Below, in pieces: positions 1 to 7,684 of a DNA stretch of 48,374 nucleotides (its first letter is position 1; every line of letters begins with the position of its first letter). Location: positions 9,877 through 58,250 of the forward strand of contig CAYTNU010000002.1 of the NCBI GenBank assembly GCA_964439515.1. The letters are read 5' to 3'. Below the pieces are notes generated by a model. It searched no databases, was not told where the DNA came from, and was given only the letters and a program-made list of their open reading frames with translations. This DNA comes from an uncultured Candidatus Saccharibacteria bacterium (GTDB lineage Bacteria > Patescibacteriota > Minisyncoccia > Portnoybacterales > UBA2143). The translations under genes and the position numbers were made by a program.

Positions 1-2
1 AT

Positions 3-359
3 TATACTTTGTTTTTATATAAACAAGATGAAGGTAGTCGCCTGGGAATCGTTATAGAAATGGGAGAAAGTGAAACTTTAGTTCAAGACTTAAACGATTG
101 GGAGAATACAATAATAGATGATTTAAATCAGTTATTATTAACAGAGGATATTTTAAATGCTCATAGCGAAGAGTTTGGAGATAAAATATATAATGAAACA
201 TATATTCGTTATATGAATTTTCCAACACCTGCCCTAACTCTTGATTATGGAATTGTATCTGGAAATTTAATTATTGCTACTTCTAGAGAATCCATGTTCA
301 TGGTAATAGATAAACTATTAACTATTAATAATGAAGATGTTGATGGAACAGAAGACTAA
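3..359 (+). CDS. hypothetical protein, 5' end cut by window edge
   Basis: The frame is open from the window edge to TAA 357-359. The track's start at 9 is a TTG and probably not the true start. The C-terminus (..LIIATSRESMFMVIDKLL) resembles that of the next ORF, suggesting tandem paralogues. Confidence 0.5.
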   Translation, partial: YTLFLYKQDEGSRLGIVIEMGESETLVQDLNDWENTIIDDLNQLLLTEDILNAHSEEFGDKIYNETYIRYMNFPTPALTLDYGIVSGNLIIATSRESMFMVIDKLLTINNEDVDGTED

Positions 360-361
360 TT

Positions 362-1057
362 ATGACTCAAATTATTATTAAAAAAAATGATATTTCTGAT
401 CATCAAGTTTCTGAAGAATCTAAATTAGATTTGCGCAATAACCAATCAAATAAAGAACAGAAACATTCTTCAAAAAAGTGGCTTTATACAAGCTTATTTT
501 TATTTCTAATCATTGTTTGTTTAGGAGTAAATTATTGGTTTTTAATATTACAAGAGAATCCTTTTAATGATTTAATCCCTGAGAATGCTGTCGCTTATAG
601 CATTATTAATCAAATAGAACTTTATCCACAAATATCACCTTTTAATCAAGTTCTACAAGAAAAAAACTTGCTTAGCCAGGATATAATTAGTAAAATCAAT
701 AATTGTTTTAATCAAGCTGGATTAGATTTTTTTAAAGATATACAATCTTTATTTAAAAATCAGTTTGCTTTTGTTCTTTTACCAACTAATTCTGAAATTA
801 GTTTACCATTTTTAGTCATTTTAGAGAGAAATAAAGACTTGGCTAAAACAAGCCAAATTTTGAATAGTATTGAATTAGAATTTAATAAAGAATTTAATTT
901 ATATACCGAAGATTATCGTCAGATTAAAATAGCAGAGATTAGCCCTTTATCTAATTCAAATAATAACTATTTTTACACACAAATAGAAAAGTATTTTATT
1001 ATCAGCAATTCACAAGAATCATTAGAAAAAATAGTTGATTCTATCATTAATTTTTAA
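362..1057 (+). CDS. hypothetical membrane-anchored protein (single N-terminal TM helix)
   Basis: 231-aa ORF starting 2 nt after the previous stop. Hydrophobic stretch WLYTSLFLFLIIVCLGVNYWFLIL. No catalytic motif recognised. Confidence 0.55.
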   Translation: MTQIIIKKNDISDHQVSEESKLDLRNNQSNKEQKHSSKKWLYTSLFLFLIIVCLGVNYWFLILQENPFNDLIPENAVAYSIINQIELYPQISPFNQVLQEKNLLSQDIISKINNCFNQAGLDFFKDIQSLFKNQFAFVLLPTNSEISLPFLVILERNKDLAKTSQILNSIELEFNKEFNLYTEDYRQIKIAEISPLSNSNNNYFYTQIEKYFIISNSQESLEKIVDSIINF

Positions 1058-1094
1058 ATAGAATAACCTGTGGAAAACTTTTGGAAAACATGGG

Positions 1095-1123
1095 TTGACA
1101 TGTGTATCAAAAAATAATAAAAT
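1095..1123 (+). promoter_or_regulatory. sigma70-like promoter (TTGACA-17 nt-TAAAAT)
   Basis: TTGACA at 1095-1100, a 17-nt spacer, then TAAAAT at 1118-1123. It lies in a 400-bp ORF-free gap. Confidence 0.4.
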
Positions 1124-1124
1124 A

Positions 1125-1440
1125 ATAGTGTTCTCAACGAAGTCTGTTCTAGAGAACAAAATTTGCTGGCTAAGTAAAAAAAGTTAAGATTAGTTCTTTA
1201 AAAGTAAAAGCTTCGGAGGGAAGCATACAGCTGGCAGAAATAAGTTGTTTTTTTGAGAAGAATATGATTATTATTGCACAGGAGGACTATAAATTATTAT
1301 ATAAAAAAAATGCGATAAGATCTGTTTTTACAGAAAAACAAAGGAGGGTTATAACCTAAAAGTAACATACAAAGGGTTTCATAATCCTTCTCTATATATA
1401 ATGAGGGTAATCAAAAAACGGTTGCCCTCTTTAGTCTTTT
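1125..1440 (+). ncRNA. candidate structured non-coding RNA, class unknown
   Basis: No credible ORF on either strand. Bounded by the promoter above and a terminator-like hairpin (GAGGGTAA..TTGCCCTC, 1403-1429) plus a T-rich tail. Local hairpins include GTTCTC..GAGAAC and GCTTC-GGAGG-GAAGC. Confidence 0.3.
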
Positions 1441-1456
1441 ATGATAGTATTTATAC

Positions 1457-1834
1457 ATGGACAAGAAACTTAAAGAACAATTGAAAAAGAAATTAGAAGA
1501 AGAAAAAAAGAAACTAACTAAAGAGATTAGTTCTTTTGCCAAGAAAGATCCCAAAAGAAAGGGGAATTGGTTAACTAGTTTTCCTTTTTTAGGCAATGAT
1601 CGTTCTCATGTAGATGAAAGCGCAGAAAGAATTGAAGCCTATGAAAGTTTATTGCCAATTGAACACACCTTAGAATTACGTCTTAAGAATATAGACGATG
1701 CTTTAGAAAAAATTAAAAGCGATAATTATGGTAAATGTGAAAAATGTAATAAAAATATTGAATTGAAACGTCTTGAAATAGTTCCTGAAGCAAAGACATG
1801 TTTACAATGTGGTAAAGAAATCTCGAATCAATAA
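1457..1834 (+). CDS. DksA/TraR-family C4 zinc-finger protein
   Basis: Coiled-coil Lys/Glu-rich N-terminus. C-terminal CEKC-x17-CLQC zinc-finger motif typical of DksA/TraR. Confidence 0.8.
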   Translation: MDKKLKEQLKKKLEEEKKKLTKEISSFAKKDPKRKGNWLTSFPFLGNDRSHVDESAERIEAYESLLPIEHTLELRLKNIDDALEKIKSDNYGKCEKCNKNIELKRLEIVPEAKTCLQCGKEISNQ

Positions 1835-1855
1835 TAAATTATTTTGTGGATTAAT

Positions 1856-1881
1856 AAAAAACTGCCATTTGGCAGTTTTTT
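1856..1881. terminator. bidirectional rho-independent terminator
   Basis: AAAAAACTGCC-ATTT-GGCAGTTTTTT lies between convergent genes. A-run and T-run flanks allow function on both strands. Confidence 0.75.
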
Positions 1882-1890
1882 AATGTTAAT

Positions 1891-1958
1891 TGTCATTCTG
1901 AGGTAGTAGCCGAAGAATCTAACTAAATAGATCCTTCATCTACTGATTCAGGATGACA
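1891..1958. repeat. ~68-bp imperfect palindromic repeat (TGTCATYCTGA...TCAGRATGACA), copy A
   Basis: TGTCATTCTGAGGTAGTAGCCGAAGAATCT / AGATCCTTCATCTACTGATTCAGGATGACA form ~29-nt arms. The reverse complement closely matches the copy at 47419-47487. Confidence 0.8.
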
Positions 1959-1966
1959 GAGAGATT

Positions 1967-3013
1967 TTAATATATATATCCTCTGATACGCCAGTCATTA
2001 TTCCTAAGCGTTCTTACACTTTTACGAGCATATCCAGTATAATTCATTTCTGAGATTGTTACCCAAACACCATTTACTGCCTCAACATAAGCAACATGAC
2101 CATACATTCGTCCCATCCAGCCACCTTCATTCATAACCATAATAGATCCAACTCTTGGAACTGATCCTGTTTGACGCCCATAAGCTCTAGCATTCACTAA
2201 CCATGATTTAGCATGCCCAGACCAAGGAACCACTACTTTTTGAGCAACATACCAAGTACATTGACCATAGGGGAATACTCTGCTTTTTCCAGTTCCTACT
2301 CCAGTGACATAACTTTTTGTAACAATTCTACTAGGCGTTGCAATAAATGGCATTTGACCATCTGGAATAATTAATTTTTGATTAATTTGAATAGCTCCAT
2401 CGGCTGGCAAATCATTAAAGGCAATAATTTTTTCTGTGTTTGCCTTATATTTTGTGGCAATTGCACCAATGGTGTCATTATTTTTAACTTTATAGACTAG
2501 TCCATTAATAGGAAGGATAGTTAATTCATCTCCTGGACGAATAAGACTAGTTTCTTTAAGGTTATTACTCCATAATAATGTGTTTAAACTAATACCAAAT
2601 TTAGCAGAAATACTTGATGTATTATCTCCTTGTTGAACAACATAAGTAGATATCTTTTCTCTTGGCTCTTGGCTGATAGTGGTGATTGGATTGGATTGGC
2701 TCAAAAGAGCATTCTCTTGCCATGTTATTAAGTTAATCTCTTTTAAATATGAATCTTCTTGAATTTCAGAATCTGTTTGATCGGTTAGAATGGCTAAACT
2801 ATTTGTCATTAAATATGTTCCATTATTTTCAAATATTTCTGTTTGTTCAACAATCTCTTGTTTGCTTTTATTAAAATAAATAGAAAGAAGCTTTTCAGTT
2901 GCTTTTGCTGGGCCAATTAAGGCGAAAATCATAATAAATAAAACAACTGCCGCTAGGAGCAGTTTTTTATTAAAGCGTTTAATTCTGGCTTCTAAATGTT
3001 CTTTTATACCCAT
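1967..3013 (-). CDS. secreted peptidoglycan hydrolase with two LysM repeats and a C-terminal CHAP domain
   Basis: N-terminal TM/signal segment. Two LysM-like repeats (YVVQQGDNTSSISAKFGISLNTLLWSNNL.. and YKVKNNDTIGAIATKYKANTEKIIAFNDL). CHAP motifs GQCTWYV and YGHVAYVE. Confidence 0.85.
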   Translation of the reverse strand: MGIKEHLEARIKRFNKKLLLAAVVLFIMIFALIGPAKATEKLLSIYFNKSKQEIVEQTEIFENNGTYLMTNSLAILTDQTDSEIQEDSYLKEINLITWQENALLSQSNPITTISQEPREKISTYVVQQGDNTSSISAKFGISLNTLLWSNNLKETSLIRPGDELTILPINGLVYKVKNNDTIGAIATKYKANTEKIIAFNDLPADGAIQINQKLIIPDGQMPFIATPSRIVTKSYVTGVGTGKSRVFPYGQCTWYVAQKVVVPWSGHAKSWLVNARAYGRQTGSVPRVGSIMVMNEGGWMGRMYGHVAYVEAVNGVWVTISEMNYTGYARKSVRTLRNNDWRIRGYIY

Positions 3014-3071
3014 AGGTATAACTTTATAATATCAAGATCAACGATGACTGTCAAGCATAATCTTTCCACAA

Positions 3072-3332
3072 TTATATCTTACTGATTGCTTTGGTTAATC
3101 GTGATTTTTTTCTGCTTCCTGTGTTTTTTTTAATCACGCCTCTTTTAATCGCTTTATCAATCGCCTTATATGTTTTTGGTAGAATTTCAAGAGCTTCTTC
3201 TTTTTTGGCGCTTTTAATTAATTTTTTACTTTGTTTGACTAGCTCTTTCATCGTTTTTATGCGACGTGAATTAAATAACCGTTTTTTGTGGTTTTGACGA
3301 AGAGCTTTTTTTGCTGATTTAGTTATAGGCAT
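3072..3332 (-). CDS. rpsT: 30S ribosomal protein S20
   Basis: MPITKSAKKALRQNHKKRLFN.. is a typical S20 N-terminus. I prefer the internal ATG at 3332, giving the usual ~86 aa. The track start at 3389 would add 19 atypical residues. Confidence 0.85.
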   Translation of the reverse strand: MPITKSAKKALRQNHKKRLFNSRRIKTMKELVKQSKKLIKSAKKEEALEILPKTYKAIDKAIKRGVIKKNTGSRKKSRLTKAISKI

Positions 3333-3396
3333 AAGTTTAGTATTATCTAAATTTGATAAGTTGTCAAATAATTTACCCTGAGTTATCATATAAAGT

Positions 3397-3963
3397 ATGA
3401 TTGCTTTACTTAAAGGTAAAATTGAATTAAAAGAAAATAGGTTTGTAATTGTTGATGTTAAAGGAGTGGGGTATAAGGTATATTGTCCTGCGCCTATTTT
3501 AGAAAAACTAATTCTTAAACAAGAAGTTAAATTATTTATTCATCTTTATCATAGAGAAAATATTTTAGACCTATATGGATTTTTAAATATTGATGAATTA
3601 GAATTTTTTGAGCTTTTGATTTCTATTAGTGGGATTGGGCCTAAGGCAGCATTATCTGTTTTATCAATTGCTTCAATAAAAAATCTTAAAGCATCAATTG
3701 CCAGTGGACGCGTTGATCTATTAACTAAGGTTTCTGGTATTGGCAAGAAAACAGCTGAAAGAGTTATCTTAGAATTAAGAAGCAAGATTTTGGTTTCTGG
3801 TTCAGAAGTTAAAAAATTAGTTTCTGATGATGAGGTTGTTGATGCTTTGGTTGGATTAGGATATACCAAATATCAAGTTCATGATGCTTTGAAACAAGTT
3901 CCGGAAAGAATAAAAGATATAGAGAGTAGAATTAAAGAGGTTTTGAAGATTCTGGGGAAATGA
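3397..3963 (+). CDS. ruvA: Holliday junction branch-migration protein RuvA
   Basis: MIALLKGKI..VDVKGVGYKVY OB-fold start. Two HhH motifs (ISGIGPKAA, VSGIGKKTAERV). C-terminal domain III. Confidence 0.9.
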   Translation: MIALLKGKIELKENRFVIVDVKGVGYKVYCPAPILEKLILKQEVKLFIHLYHRENILDLYGFLNIDELEFFELLISISGIGPKAALSVLSIASIKNLKASIASGRVDLLTKVSGIGKKTAERVILELRSKILVSGSEVKKLVSDDEVVDALVGLGYTKYQVHDALKQVPERIKDIESRIKEVLKILGK

Positions 3964-4000
3964 TTTTAGTTTATGTTTTATAGGTTCACATTTAAATTTC

Positions 4001-4099
4001 ATGCTTCAGAAAACAATTTTTTTTAAATCGCTTAGCCCTTTTCAGCAAGCTGAAAAGCACGCCCACACCTACGATTCAAAAAAATTATTTTCTTCGCAT
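4001..4099. repeat. nested imperfect palindrome in the ruvA/FemAB-like spacer
   Basis: The outer arms are ATGCTTCAGAAAACAATTTTTTTTAAATCG (4001-4030) and CGATTCAAAAAAATTATTTTCTTCGCAT (4072-4099). The inner hairpin is CTTTTCAGC-AA-GCTGAAAAG (4038-4057). Confidence 0.6.
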
Positions 4100-4104
4100 T
4101 ATTT

Positions 4105-5037
4105 ATGAATACAAAGAAAGAACAATGGAATCAGTTCATTAAAGAAAACAAAGGTTCTTTTCCACAGTCTTGGCAATGGGGCCAACTACAAGAATCAATG
4201 GATAGAAAAATTTGGCGGATTGAGACAGAAGGATTAAAAGGATTAATTATTAAACATAATTTGCCATTAAAGAAGAATTATCTATATTGTCCCTATGGGC
4301 CAGTTGGAAAAGGAGATTTTAAAGAATTTTTAGAAGAGATTAATAAAATAGCTAAGCAAGAAAAAAGTATATTTTTTAAGATAGAACCGAATTTTACAAA
4401 TTACAAATTACAAATTACAAATTACAAATTTATTAAATCTGCTAAAGAAATTCAGCCAAGCAGGTCTATCGTTTTAGACATTAACCAATCAGAAGAAGAC
4501 TTGCTTAAGCAAATGCATCAAAAGACAAGGTATAATATTAAATTAGCTCAAAAAAAAGGAATAGAAATTAGACAATCAAACAATCCAGAAGCATTAAATG
4601 CTTTTGTTGGCCTATTGGGACAAACGGCTAAGCGAGATGATTTTTATCTTCATCCTAAAGAATATTATCAAAAAGTTTTAGATATTTTAGGAAAAGAAAC
4701 AGTTAAATTATTTTTAGCTGAATATCAAAACAAGACAGTGGCAGCTATCCTTGTGTATTTTTTTGGGGAAACAGCTGTTTATGCTCATGGCGCTTCTGAT
4801 CATGATCATCGTAGATTAATGGCTCCTTATTTACTTCAATGGCACGCAATATTAGAAGCAAAAAAGAAAGGATTAAAATATTATGATTTTTGGGGAATTG
4901 ATGAAGATAAGTGGCCTGGAGTAACTCGTTTTAAAAAAGGATTCAATGGCCAAGAAGTAAATTATTCAGGTGCTTTTAACTTGATTTATAGGTCAACTTG
5001 GCATACTCTTTATAATCTAGCTAGAAAAATTTTATGA
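4105..5037 (+). CDS. FemAB-family peptidoglycan interpeptide-bridge aminoacyltransferase (FemX/MurM-like)
   Basis: Motifs SWQWGQ, LYCPYGP, TRYNIKLAQKKG, AVYAHGASDHDHRRLMAPYLLQW and TRFKKGF are characteristic of the FemAB family. Confidence 0.8.
   Translation: MNTKKEQWNQFIKENKGSFPQSWQWGQLQESMDRKIWRIETEGLKGLIIKHNLPLKKNYLYCPYGPVGKGDFKEFLEEINKIAKQEKSIFFKIEPNFTNYKLQITNYKFIKSAKEIQPSRSIVLDINQSEEDLLKQMHQKTRYNIKLAQKKGIEIRQSNNPEALNAFVGLLGQTAKRDDFYLHPKEYYQKVLDILGKETVKLFLAEYQNKTVAAILVYFFGETAVYAHGASDHDHRRLMAPYLLQWHAILEAKKKGLKYYDFWGIDEDKWPGVTRFKKGFNGQEVNYSGAFNLIYRSTWHTLYNLARKIL
4394..4428 (+). repeat. tandem heptanucleotide repeat (TTACAAA x5) inside the FemAB-like CDS
   Basis: Counted directly: five perfect TTACAAA units, encoding ..NFTNYKLQITNYKF.. 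Confidence 0.95.
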
Positions 5038-6353
5038 TTATATTAGAAAGCTTATTGAAATTAGGTAAGCGGATTATTCCTCAGCCAATATTTAATTTTT
5101 TTCAGCCAATATATCATCTTCTATTGATTATGCTGGCTGTTTTTTGGTATCGTTTTCCTTCTCGTAAGATGAAAATAATTGGGGTGACTGGTACTAACGG
5201 CAAATCAACAGCAATTTATTTGATCAGTCAAATTTTAGAGCAAGGCGGTTATAATGTGGCTGCTTTTTCTTCAATTGAATTTAAAATTAAAGATAAGATT
5301 TGGAAAAATGATTTAAAAATGACTATGCCTGGTAGATTTAAACTTCAGAAGCTTTTGCGTCAAGCGTATAAAGCAGGTTGTGAATATGTTGTTTTAGAAG
5401 TAACTTCAGAAGGTATTAAACAACATCGTCATCGTTTTATTGGTTTTGACATTGCTGTTTTAACTAATTTAACTGAAGAACACTTAGAAAGTCATGGAGG
5501 GTTTGAAAAGTATAAGCAAGCTAAATCAAAACTTTTTCAAATGTTAAAACTTAAAGGTAGTGCAATTGTTAATTTAGACGATCTTAATGCTGAATATTTT
5601 TTACAGTTTCCAGCTAAAGAAAAATGGGGTTATGGGATAGATTTTGAATCATCAACAGAAGTTAATCAAACCGTTAAAGCAAGCGATTATCAATTAAGCA
5701 AAAAAGGCATTAGCTTTAGAGTTGATGGTCAAGATTTTGATGTGAATTTATTGGGTAAATTTAATTTACATAATATTTTAGCAGCTATAAGTGTTGGGCT
5801 GATTGAAGGAATTAGTTTAGATAAAATTAAATTAGCATTAGAAAAAGTTAATAGTATTTCAGGACGATTAGAAATAGTTATTAAAAATCCTTTTATGGTT
5901 ATAGTTGATTATGCTCATACTCCTGATGCTTTAGAAAAAGTTTATCAAATGATTAGAGAATTATTTTCTAGCTCGCCTGATGGTGGAACAAGAAGGATAA
6001 TTGGTGTATTAGGGGCTGCTGGTGGGGGACGAGATAAATGGAAGCGTGTTGAATTTGGTAAAATTGCTGAAAAATATTTAGATAAGATTATCATCGCCAA
6101 CGAAGATCCATACAATGAAGATCCTCAGGCAATTATAGATGATATTGCTAAAGGTTTAAAAAATAGATTAGCTGAAAAATTCATTGATAGAAGAGAAGCA
6201 ATTCATAGAGCATTAGAATCAGCTCAAGATGGAGATATTGTAATTATTACTGGTAAAGGATGTGAATCATGGCTTTGCGTAGATAAAGGTAAAAAAATTG
6301 CTTGGGATGATAGAAAAATAGTTAAGGAGGAAATGAAAAAAATTTCTAATTAA
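5034..6353 (+). CDS. murE: Mur ligase family protein, MurE-like (UDP-MurNAc-tripeptide synthetase)
   Basis: P-loop GVTGTNGKST, plus EVTSEG, LTNLTEEHLESHGG and DYAHTPDALEKV. Its ATGA overlaps the upstream stop. The N-terminal domain is short. Confidence 0.8.
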   Translation: MIILESLLKLGKRIIPQPIFNFFQPIYHLLLIMLAVFWYRFPSRKMKIIGVTGTNGKSTAIYLISQILEQGGYNVAAFSSIEFKIKDKIWKNDLKMTMPGRFKLQKLLRQAYKAGCEYVVLEVTSEGIKQHRHRFIGFDIAVLTNLTEEHLESHGGFEKYKQAKSKLFQMLKLKGSAIVNLDDLNAEYFLQFPAKEKWGYGIDFESSTEVNQTVKASDYQLSKKGISFRVDGQDFDVNLLGKFNLHNILAAISVGLIEGISLDKIKLALEKVNSISGRLEIVIKNPFMVIVDYAHTPDALEKVYQMIRELFSSSPDGGTRRIIGVLGAAGGGRDKWKRVEFGKIAEKYLDKIIIANEDPYNEDPQAIIDDIAKGLKNRLAEKFIDRREAIHRALESAQDGDIVIITGKGCESWLCVDKGKKIAWDDRKIVKEEMKKISN

Positions 6354-6355
6354 TT

Positions 6356-7657
6356 ATGATATTACTAGAGAAAATATTTTTTTATCTTTTAGTTTTTTGT
6401 TTGCCTTTTCAAACAAGGAAGATAATTTATCAATTTGGGGAAGATTTCAATGAATGGACTAGTATTTATCTTTACTTGACTGATGTTTTGCTTATTTTAG
6501 TCTTTTTGTTTTGGATTTGGAGGATAAGAAAAAACAGATTTTTAAAAGATTTTAAAATATTTCAATTAAAAAACTATAGTTTTTGGCTATTGGTTTTTTT
6601 TATAATTGGTTTTATTTCTTTGATCCAAGCTAGGAGCTTGTCTCTTGGTTTTTATTCTTGGTTAAAATTATTAGAATTTATAGGATTATTCTTTTATCTA
6701 AAATGTAATTATAGGGAAATTTTTAATTTTAAAAGATTAGCTCAAGTTTTTGTTGCTAGCGGTTTAATCCAATCTATAATAGCTATTTTACAATTCTTTA
6801 CTCAGAAGAGCTTAGGGTTAAGATTTTTAACTGAAAGTCCATTAGGTGTGAACATAGATGGAGTAGCTAAATTTACTGTCGATGGATCAACCTTTATTCG
6901 GGCTTATGGAAGCTTGCCTCATCCTAATGTTTTGGCTTTTTTTCTTTTAATTAGTATTTTCTTTCTTTATTTTCTTTGGTTAGAAAAGAAACATTCTCTT
7001 AATATTAATTTATTATTAATTGCTATTTATTCATTATTAATTACTGCTTTATTTTTAACTTTTTCTAGAATTATTATTGTTCTTTTTGTTTTATCAAGTT
7101 TATTTTATTTTATATTTGAGTTTTGTAAGTCAAGAAAAAAAGAAAATAAAGAATTGTCTAAGAAAATTATTTTGCTTTTTTTATTATTTATTGTTTCCTG
7201 TTTATCGTTTGTTGTTTTTGCTTTTCCTGAACTTTTCTCTAGGTTCTCAGTATCTTCAGCAGAACAATCAGTTACTTTGAGGGTTCTTTATAATGAAACT
7301 GCTTATTCTGTTATCCAAGAATATCCCTTAATTGGTATTGGGCTTGGTAATTTTGTATGGGAGATAAGAGAAATGTTACCATTGTTGTCAAATTGGATTC
7401 ATCAACCAGTTCATAATGTTTATCTTTTAATATCTAGTGAAGTCGGCTTATTAGGATTAATTGTTTTTTTAATATTTCTTTATCAATTACTAAAGAGATT
7501 TAAAAAACAAAATTCTGTTTTATTTATTATCGTCATCTGTATTATATTTGTTAGTTTATTTGATCACTTTTTCTGGACTCTACAGCAAGGTCAGCTAATG
7601 TTTTGGTTAATTCTGGGGTTAATGACGCATTTGACCGTTAGGGAGATGGGAGTATAA
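6356..7657 (+). CDS. O-antigen ligase/Wzy-like polytopic membrane protein
   Basis: About 10-12 hydrophobic helices with a central loop (RAYGSLPHPNVLA..) typical of the Wzy_C/O-antigen ligase family. Confidence 0.65.
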   Translation: MILLEKIFFYLLVFCLPFQTRKIIYQFGEDFNEWTSIYLYLTDVLLILVFLFWIWRIRKNRFLKDFKIFQLKNYSFWLLVFFIIGFISLIQARSLSLGFYSWLKLLEFIGLFFYLKCNYREIFNFKRLAQVFVASGLIQSIIAILQFFTQKSLGLRFLTESPLGVNIDGVAKFTVDGSTFIRAYGSLPHPNVLAFFLLISIFFLYFLWLEKKHSLNINLLLIAIYSLLITALFLTFSRIIIVLFVLSSLFYFIFEFCKSRKKENKELSKKIILLFLLFIVSCLSFVVFAFPELFSRFSVSSAEQSVTLRVLYNETAYSVIQEYPLIGIGLGNFVWEIREMLPLLSNWIHQPVHNVYLLISSEVGLLGLIVFLIFLYQLLKRFKKQNSVLFIIVICIIFVSLFDHFFWTLQQGQLMFWLILGLMTHLTVREMGV

Positions 7658-7684
7658 TAAGGATAGTTTTTCTTGTATAATATT

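Noticed and set aside
1125-1440. Assignment of the candidate ncRNA to RNase P RNA, tmRNA or SRP RNA
   Set aside because: I could not find the P4 GGAAAGUCC strand or the ACAGAA..GGCUUA 3' strand of RNase P. There is no GGGG start or T-arm/ACCA end as in tmRNA, and no GGAA-tetraloop helix 8 with AGCA/GGAA loops as in SRP. The partial look-alikes (GAAGUCUG, ACAGCUGGCAG) are too weak. The class is left open.
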